Positions 57,325 through 64,000 of a DNA stretch of 64,000 bases are shown piece by piece (position 1 is the stretch's first letter; the number at the start of each line of letters is the position of its first letter). The DNA is from Pseudomonadota bacterium (GTDB lineage: Bacteria; Pseudomonadota; Gammaproteobacteria; Burkholderiales; Burkholderiaceae_F), in NCBI GenBank assembly GCA_021825945.1, contig JAKAFN010000002.1:41915-105914 (forward strand), in the 5' to 3' direction. A model generated the notes under the pieces. The model was not told where the DNA came from, made no database searches, and was given only the letters and a program-made list of their open reading frames with translations. A program made the position numbers and the translations under genes.

Positions 57325-58917
57325 GTGGTCTTTTCGTTCTTCAAGAAAGACGGCAAGGAAAGCGGCGGCCGATCGCCAGCGGCGAACACCTCGTTCCGCA
57401 CCACGCGCACGGACGCGTCCCGGCCGACCACGGGCCGGACGGCCTCGGCCGACCGCATCGGAAGCGGATTGGCGGAAGCCAGGACCACCCGTCCCGGATT
57501 CGCCACCCCCGGCAACCCGCTGCCGGACCATCACGCGGCAAAATCCGTCGCCCTGGCAACGGCAGCCAAGATCGATGCCATCGAGTCTGAAATGGCGCGC
57601 GATTTCCTGCGGGCGCGCACCGCCCTGCCACCGGAAGCGCCGCCCGCCGACGCATCGGCGGCGGCCGTCCCCTCGAGCGACGGCAGCATGCCAACCGACC
57701 TGCAGGCCTATGCCGCCGGCCTGACCTCCGACACCACCCAGCCCATGGTTCCCGCCGAAACGGACGACGACCAGGATCCCGATGCCACGCTCATAGGCAG
57801 CGTGAATGCGATCGAAGTGGGCAGCAACTCCTCTTCGTTGCTTGACGAAACGGCGATCCTGTTTGCCAACGGACAGTCCGATTCCGCCGAACGAGGGCTC
57901 CACGGGGCGCTTACGTCCGACAGCCTCGGCGCCGCGACCGAACGGGGCTGGCGCATGCTGCTGGAACTCCAGAATCAGCGCGGGTCGCATGCAGTGTTCG
58001 CGGAAACCGCGGCGCGTTTCACGCGGCAGCACCGGATTTCGGCTCCCGCTTGGTTCGACTATGCGGCCGCCGGGAGGCCCCTTGCAACCGCACCCGACAC
58101 AGCCGCTGCGCAACCACCGGCGGACGGCCAGGGCGTCAATCCCGCCGCGCGCGCCGCGGCGGAAGCCATACCCATCGTCGTGCTGCCGCCGACGATCGAC
58201 GCCGGCATCGTCAAGCCGCTCGAGGAGCTCAAATCCCTCGCGACCAGCCATCCCAGGCTGCTGCTCGACGTCGGCGCCACGCGATCGGTCAACATGGTCG
58301 GCGCCGAGCTACTGCTGCGCGTCTTCAACGCCTTCCGGCGTGCGCCGCACGAGCTGCAATTCGCGGGCATCGATGCCCTGCAGACGGCGCTGCGCCGCGC
58401 CATCGAGCCCGGCCGCAGAGATCCATCCGACGCGGCCTGGATGCTGCTGATGGAAGTGCAGCGCCTGCAGAACCGGCAGGCCGATTTCGAGGAAACCGGC
58501 ATCCAATACTGCATCACCTACGAAGTTTCGCCGCCATCCTGGGAACCGCCGCCGCCCAACATCCGGCTCTGCCAGCGCCCCCCGTCGCCGCTCCGTCCGG
58601 CGGCGCCGCCGCCCACATCACCCATGACGATTGCGCCCGACGGCGCGTTGGAATGGCGCGGCGAAATCCTGGCCGAGGACGATCCCCAAATCAACCGCCT
58701 GATCCTTGCCGCGCGCGACCGCAAGCCGGTGACCGTCGACTGCAGCGGGCTCCGCCGGATGGCGTTTTCCCCTGCGTCGGCCCTGCTCGGCCATCTTTGC
58801 AAACTGCAGCAGGGAGGGGTTGCCGTCGAGTTCCGCAACGTCAATGCGCTGGTGGCGGCACTCTGGCAACTGCTCGGCATCCCCTCGGTTGCCCAAGTCG
58901 GGATGCGCCTCGAATAA
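57325..58917 (+). CDS. Conserved protein with helical/TPR-like region and STAS-like domains
   Basis: MVFSFFKK start, LDETAILFANGQ, ITYEVSPPSWE, C-terminal VDCSGLRRMAFSPAS and FRNVNALVAALWQLLG (STAS-like). Located upstream of hslV. Confidence 0.68.
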   Translation: MVFSFFKKDGKESGGRSPAANTSFRTTRTDASRPTTGRTASADRIGSGLAEARTTRPGFATPGNPLPDHHAAKSVALATAAKIDAIESEMARDFLRARTALPPEAPPADASAAAVPSSDGSMPTDLQAYAAGLTSDTTQPMVPAETDDDQDPDATLIGSVNAIEVGSNSSSLLDETAILFANGQSDSAERGLHGALTSDSLGAATERGWRMLLELQNQRGSHAVFAETAARFTRQHRISAPAWFDYAAAGRPLATAPDTAAAQPPADGQGVNPAARAAAEAIPIVVLPPTIDAGIVKPLEELKSLATSHPRLLLDVGATRSVNMVGAELLLRVFNAFRRAPHELQFAGIDALQTALRRAIEPGRRDPSDAAWMLLMEVQRLQNRQADFEETGIQYCITYEVSPPSWEPPPPNIRLCQRPPSPLRPAAPPPTSPMTIAPDGALEWRGEILAEDDPQINRLILAARDRKPVTVDCSGLRRMAFSPASALLGHLCKLQQGGVAVEFRNVNALVAALWQLLGIPSVAQVGMRLE

Positions 58918-58956
58918 ACGCTGCCGCGACCGGTTCCTCCACGTAGAATCGCGGGC

Positions 58957-59493
58957 ATGGAACCTTTCCACGGCACGACGATCGTTTCCGTCCGGCGCGG
59001 CACCTCCGTCGCGATGGGTGGTGATGGGCAAGTCACGCTGGGGGCGGTCGTGATCAAGCAGACCGCGCGCAAGGTTCGGCGACTCTATCAGGATCGCATC
59101 CTCGCCGGATTCGCCGGCGCTACCGCCGACGCCTTCACCCTCTTCGAACGCTTCGAGGCAAAGCTCGAAAAGCATCAGGGGAATCTCGTCCGCTCGGCCG
59201 TCGAACTCGCCAAGGACTGGCGGACCGACCGCATGCTGCGCCGTCTCGAGGCGATGCTGGCCGTCGCCGACCGCGAATCGTCCCTCATCCTGACCGGAAA
59301 CGGCGACGTCCTGGAACCCGAGCACGGCCTGATCGCCATCGGATCGGGCGGTGCGTACGCCCAGGCTGCAGCGCGCGCCCTACTCGACGAAACCGCGCTC
59401 CCCCCGGAGGCGATCGTTCGCAAGTCGCTTGCCATCGCAGGGGACATCTGCATCTACACGAACCAGAACGTCACGGTGGAAGCAATCGAATAG
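58957..59493 (+). CDS. hslV: ATP-dependent protease subunit HslV
   Basis: [10 protein letters not shown] (Thr nucleophile), [30 protein letters not shown]. Confidence 0.98.
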   Translation: MEPFHGTTIVSVRRGTSVAMGGDGQVTLGAVVIKQTARKVRRLYQDRILAGFAGATADAFTLFERFEAKLEKHQGNLVRSAVELAKDWRTDRMLRRLEAMLAVADRESSLILTGNGDVLEPEHGLIAIGSGGAYAQAAARALLDETALPPEAIVRKSLAIAGDICIYTNQNVTVEAIE

Positions 59494-59502
59494 CGTGCGG
59501 CC

Positions 59503-60828
59503 ATGATGATGACGCCGAAAGAGATCGTCCATGAACTTGGCAAACATATCGTCGGCCAAGAGCGCGCCAAGCGCGCCGTGGCGATTGCGCTGCGCAATCG
59601 CTGGCGGAGACAGCAGATCGCACGCCCGCTACGCGATGAGATCTCGCCCAAGAACATTTTGATGATCGGGCCTACCGGCGTCGGCAAGACCGAGATCGCC
59701 CGACGCTTGGCCCGGCTCGCGGATGCGCCGTTCATCAAGGTCGAAGCGACCAAGTTCACCGAGGTGGGTTACGTCGGCCGCGACGTCGACTCCATCATCC
59801 GCGACCTGGTGGACATCTCGGTGAAACAGACCCGCGAAGCGGCGGCGCTCGCCGTTCGCGCCGCCGCCGACGATGCCGCGGAAGAACGCCTGCTCGACCT
59901 GCTGCTGCCGACCGCGCGCGAATCCGGCATGCACGAGCCCGACGACTCCTCCGGTTCGACCCGCCAGCGCCTGCGCAAGAAACTGCGCGAAGGACAATTG
60001 GACGACAAGGAGGTCGAGATCGAAATCGCCGCGTCTGCTCCGCAGATGGAGGTGCTCGCGCCGCCCGGAATGCAGGAGATTTCTCAACAGATCCAGGGGT
60101 TGTTCCAAAACATCGGGTCGATGCGCCGACATCTGCGCAAGATGAAGATCCGCGACGCCCTCAAGGCGCTCGCCGACGAGGAAGCCGGCAAGCTGCTCAA
60201 CGAGGAGGAGATTCGCAGCAAGGCCGTGGAGGCGGCGCAGACCAACGGGATCGTATTCATCGACGAGATCGACAAGATCGCCAGCCGGTCCGAGGCCGGC
60301 GGTGCCGACGTCTCGCGCCAGGGCGTACAGCGCGACCTTCTGCCGCTGGTCGAAGGCACGGCCGTCAACACGAAGTACGGGATGGTGCACACCGACCACA
60401 TCCTGTTCATTGCCAGCGGCGCCTTTCACTTCGCTCGACCATCGGACCTCATGCCGGAACTACAGGGGCGCTTTCCCATCCGCGTGGAGCTCGATTCGCT
60501 GAGTCCGGACGATTTCGAGCGCATCCTCACCCGCACCGATGCCTGCCTGACGCAGCAGTACCAGGCGCTGCTCGCCACGGAAGACGTTCCGCTCGAATTC
60601 ACGGAAGACGGCGTGCGGCGCATCGCGCACATCGCGTACACGGTCAACGAGCGCACCGAGAACATCGGGGCGCGGCGACTGCACACGGTGATGGAAAAAC
60701 TGCTCGAGGACGTCTCCTTCGAAGCAGGAACGAAGATCAGCGAGCGCGTGGTCATCGACGCTGCCTATGTGGATTCGCGACTGGGCGAGTTGTCCACCGA
60801 CACCGAACTCGCCCGGTATGTCCTCTGA
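59503..60828 (+). CDS. hslU: ATP-dependent protease ATPase subunit HslU
   Basis: [61 protein letters not shown]. Confidence 0.98.
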   Translation: MMMTPKEIVHELGKHIVGQERAKRAVAIALRNRWRRQQIARPLRDEISPKNILMIGPTGVGKTEIARRLARLADAPFIKVEATKFTEVGYVGRDVDSIIRDLVDISVKQTREAAALAVRAAADDAAEERLLDLLLPTARESGMHEPDDSSGSTRQRLRKKLREGQLDDKEVEIEIAASAPQMEVLAPPGMQEISQQIQGLFQNIGSMRRHLRKMKIRDALKALADEEAGKLLNEEEIRSKAVEAAQTNGIVFIDEIDKIASRSEAGGADVSRQGVQRDLLPLVEGTAVNTKYGMVHTDHILFIASGAFHFARPSDLMPELQGRFPIRVELDSLSPDDFERILTRTDACLTQQYQALLATEDVPLEFTEDGVRRIAHIAYTVNERTENIGARRLHTVMEKLLEDVSFEAGTKISERVVIDAAYVDSRLGELSTDTELARYVL

Positions 60829-61810
60829 GGGGCCGTCGCCGTTGCGCCGCTGGCTTTCCGGACTCTGTCCGGCGCGGCCGCTGCGTCAACGACTCCAGCA
60901 GGCGATCGCGGAACAGCATGCCATGCAGGCCATTCTCGACAACATTCCCGCGCCGATCTTCGCCAAGGATGCGCAGGGCCTGTACACCCACTGCAACCAG
61001 GCCTTCCTGGAATATCTCGGCCTGCCCCGCGAAAAAGTGATCGGGAAGACCGTCCACGACGTCGCCCCGCCGGAGCTGGCCTGCATTTACGCCGATGCCG
61101 ACCGGCGACTGCTGGCGGCGGGCGGGCGCCAGATCTACGATGCCCAGGTGCGATGGGCCGATGGCGACATCCGCGACGTCACATTCTACAAGGCGGTCTG
61201 GTATGGCCAGGCAGGACAGCCAGCGGGTCAGGCCGGGGCAATCTTCGACATCACCGAACGCCGCCGGCTCGAGAAGGAATTGCGCCTACTCGCGGATACC
61301 GACGACCTCACCGGCCGCCTCAACCGCCGCAGTTTCCTGCAACAGGCCGAACGGATGTTCCTGCGGGCGCGGGAACATGGCACAAACGTCGCGCTCCTAC
61401 TGTTCGACCTCGACCACTTCAAGGAACTCAACGATGCCTTCGGGCATGCGACGGGCGATGCGGTGCTGTGCCACGTCTGCGAGCTGGTCGGTCGGCAACT
61501 GCGCGAAGAAGACCTGTTCGGTCGCATCGGAGGGGACGAATTCGCGATCGCCGCCTACGGCACCGCGCAGGCACGCACCGTCGCCGATCGATTGCCCGAG
61601 TTGCTCGATCAGTCGCCGTTCCTCGTCGGCGAACGATTCCTGCCGATCGGCATCAGCGTGGGCGGGGCCATCGTCGATCCAGCGGAAACCCGCCTTGACG
61701 ACGCGATCGCTCGTGCCGACCGCGCGCTCTACGAGGCGAAGCGCCAAGGACGCCAGCGGGCCGTGATTCTCGAACGGCCGGGGCCCGGTTCCGCCAACGA
61801 CCTACGGTAG
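60818..61810 (+). CDS. PAS-GGDEF diguanylate cyclase
   Basis: PAS ([13 protein letters not shown]), [35 protein letters not shown] (RxxD), ALYEAK. ATG 60818 overlaps the hslU 3' end. Confidence 0.9.
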   Translation: MSSEGPSPLRRWLSGLCPARPLRQRLQQAIAEQHAMQAILDNIPAPIFAKDAQGLYTHCNQAFLEYLGLPREKVIGKTVHDVAPPELACIYADADRRLLAAGGRQIYDAQVRWADGDIRDVTFYKAVWYGQAGQPAGQAGAIFDITERRRLEKELRLLADTDDLTGRLNRRSFLQQAERMFLRAREHGTNVALLLFDLDHFKELNDAFGHATGDAVLCHVCELVGRQLREEDLFGRIGGDEFAIAAYGTAQARTVADRLPELLDQSPFLVGERFLPIGISVGGAIVDPAETRLDDAIARADRALYEAKRQGRQRAVILERPGPGSANDLR

Positions 61811-61819
61811 TATTGCGCG

Positions 61820-62722
61820 ATGACTTCGACCACCCCCGCGACGTCTCCTGTCGCTCCGCAGACCAAGGCCGAGACGCTTTCTGAGGCACTGCCCTACATC
61901 CAGCGCTTCCATGGCCGCACCATCGTCATCAAGTACGGCGGCAACGCCATGACCGACGCGAAGCTCAAGGAGAGTTTCGCGCGCGACGTCGTACTGCTCA
62001 AGCTCGTCGGCATGAAACCGGTGGTCATCCACGGCGGCGGACCCCAGATCGACGAAGTGCTCGATATCGTCGGCAAGAAATCCGAATTCGTACATGGCCT
62101 GCGCGTAACCGACGCGGAGACGATGAAGATCGTCGAATGGGTGCTGGCCGGTCAGGTTCAGCAGGAACTCGTGATGCTCATCAACCGCTTCGGTGGACAG
62201 GCCGTGGGCCTCACCGGCAAGGATGGGAACCTGTTGCGGGCGCGGCGCATGCAGGTCTCCGATCCGCGCGCGCCGGAGACGGTGCACGACATCGGTCAGG
62301 TCGGCGAGATCGACTCGGTGGACCCCGCGGTCGTCCGATCGCTGCAGGACGACGCGTTCATTCCCGTCATCTCGCCGATCGGCGTCGGCGCCGACGGCCT
62401 CTCCTACAATATCAATGCCGACATCGTCGCGGGCAAGATCGCCGAGGTACTGCATGCCGAAAAGCTCGTCCTGCTGACCAACACCCCCGGCGTGCTCGAC
62501 AAGGACGGCAAGCTGATCACCGGCCTCACCGCGCAGCGGATCGATGAGCTATTCGCCGACGGCACGATCTCCGGCGGCATGCTGCCCAAGATCGCCTCGG
62601 CGCTCGATGCCGCGCGCAAGGGCGTGCATTCGGTGCACATCATCGATGGCCGGGTCGACCACTGCCTGCTGCTGGAAATCCTCACGAACGACGGCGTGGG
62701 GACGATGATCCGGAGTCATTGA
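61820..62722 (+). CDS. argB: Acetylglutamate kinase
   Basis: [48 protein letters not shown]. Confidence 0.97.
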   Translation: MTSTTPATSPVAPQTKAETLSEALPYIQRFHGRTIVIKYGGNAMTDAKLKESFARDVVLLKLVGMKPVVIHGGGPQIDEVLDIVGKKSEFVHGLRVTDAETMKIVEWVLAGQVQQELVMLINRFGGQAVGLTGKDGNLLRARRMQVSDPRAPETVHDIGQVGEIDSVDPAVVRSLQDDAFIPVISPIGVGADGLSYNINADIVAGKIAEVLHAEKLVLLTNTPGVLDKDGKLITGLTAQRIDELFADGTISGGMLPKIASALDAARKGVHSVHIIDGRVDHCLLLEILTNDGVGTMIRSH

Positions 62723-62879
62723 CTGGCGTTTTTGCACTACGCGGGACAGCGGTTTCGACATCGAAGTTGCTGGCAAAGGAAACCCGGGAGGATCCGCCGC
62801 GAAGGGAAATCCCCCTTCGCCCGTCCCCGTAGCCTTGACAACCGTTCCTCGACCGAGAGCCCAAGGGCGATAGCTGACC

Positions 62880-64000
62880 ATGCGTGAACGCCTTTTCCGA
62901 ATCCTGCGCGCCGTCTGGCGCGCAGTCGATGTATCCCGGCGCGTTGCCATCAACGTATTGTTCCTGGTGCTGATCGCCGTGTCGGCGGCAGCATGGATTG
63001 CGGGTTCGGCACGGCCGAAGATCGCGCCGGACACGGCGCTCGTGCTCGACCTGCGGGGCAATCTCGTCGAGCAATACACCGGCAGCGCGCGCGAAGCCGA
63101 ACTCGAACAAACGTTGGGCGGCCAGGTTCGCGAAACCCAGTTGCGCGATGTCACCGCCGTGCTCGACGCCGCCGCCAAGGACCCGCGCATTCCTCGCGCC
63201 GTCCTCGTCCTCGAAGACATGGGCGACGCGGGACTGGCCAAGCTGCATGAAATCGCCGCCGCAATGACCCGGTTCCAAGCCCACGGCAAGAAGATCATCG
63301 CGTGGTCGACCTCGATGGATCAACGACAGTATCTGCTCGCCATGCATGCCGACGAGGTCTACCTCGACCCGTTCGGCGCACTGGAGCTGCACGGCTTCGG
63401 CGGATACCGGAACTACTACCATCAAGCGCTCGACCGGCTTGGCGTCCACATCAACGTCTTCCGCGTCGGCAAGTACAAGAGCTTCGTCGAGCCGTTCACC
63501 CGTGACGGACCTTCCCCGGACGCCGACAAGGCAGACGCCTCCTGGCTCGGCGATGCCTGGGCCGGAACCGTGGACGAGATCGAGGCCGCACGCCACCTGC
63601 CGCCTGGAACCGTGGCGGACTTCATCGACCACGCGCCGGAGCGCCTGCAGGCCGCGCAGGGAAGCCCGGCACGGATGGCGCTCGCCGCCAAACTGGTGGA
63701 CGGCCTCAAGACCCGAGAGCAACTGCGCGCGATGCTCATCGCGCGCGGCAAACCCGACCCGGAGCAGCACAGCTTTCGCCAGATCTCGATGCAGGACTAT
63801 GAAAACGTGATCCCCGACACGGGAAGCGATGCCCAGCAGGTCGGCATCATCGTCGCAGAAGGGACGATCACCGATGGCGATGAACCGCAGGGTTCGATCG
63901 GCGGCCGCTCCACCGCCGAACTGATCCGCAAGGCGCGTGAAGACAAATCGATCAAGGCAATCGTACTGCGGGTGGACTCTGGCGGCGGCAGCGCGTTCGG
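62880..64000 (+). CDS. sppA: Signal peptide peptidase SppA (protease IV, 67K type), truncated by window end
   Basis: Read manually from ATG 62880 (absent from the ORF track): TM segment, ALVLDLRG, AKDPRI, YLLAMHADEVYLDP, FRVGKYKSFVEPF, IKAIVLRVDSGGGSAF. Confidence 0.93.
   Translation, partial: MRERLFRILRAVWRAVDVSRRVAINVLFLVLIAVSAAAWIAGSARPKIAPDTALVLDLRGNLVEQYTGSAREAELEQTLGGQVRETQLRDVTAVLDAAAKDPRIPRAVLVLEDMGDAGLAKLHEIAAAMTRFQAHGKKIIAWSTSMDQRQYLLAMHADEVYLDPFGALELHGFGGYRNYYHQALDRLGVHINVFRVGKYKSFVEPFTRDGPSPDADKADASWLGDAWAGTVDEIEAARHLPPGTVADFIDHAPERLQAAQGSPARMALAAKLVDGLKTREQLRAMLIARGKPDPEQHSFRQISMQDYENVIPDTGSDAQQVGIIVAEGTITDGDEPQGSIGGRSTAELIRKAREDKSIKAIVLRVDSGGGSAF

Noticed and set aside
62799-62840. 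Hairpin GCGAAGGG/CCCTTCGC and a TTGACA hexamer between argB and sppA
   Set aside because: The hairpin has no U-tract, and no acceptable -10 lies 16-18 nt after TTGACA.

Overview
GC-rich bacterial chromosomal window whose gene content and synteny (glnK-amtB/ubiK/comM, gatCAB, mreBCD, hslVU, argB, ppc, fad operon, pyrC) point to a Betaproteobacterium, probably Burkholderiales-like (inference). No rRNA, tRNA, CRISPR array or transposase was recognised. The main accessory element is a ~13.5 kb minus-strand operon (7159-20690) between pyrC and an Atm1-type ABC gene. It is an orphan type II fatty-acid/polyketide-like cluster: Gln-dependent AsnB amidotransferase, ACP, atypical KS III, fused KS/CLF-like didomain, an active plus a degenerate ketoreductase, an active plus a degenerate dehydratase, a PPTase, and an ABC/LolA-like/outer-membrane-barrel export cassette. 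It is preceded by a clear sigma70-like promoter bracketed by an 11-bp inverted repeat. Other notable items are a candidate ~100-nt sRNA divergent from nsrR with an anti-Shine-Dalgarno-like loop, tandem paralogous porins of which one has a sigma54 promoter with NtrC-like boxes, a small family of post-stop palindromes, and mreBCD without mrdA/rodA. Many start codons were moved from the ORF track using RBS and stop/start overlap evidence. All function calls come from motif recognition by eye, with no database searches.
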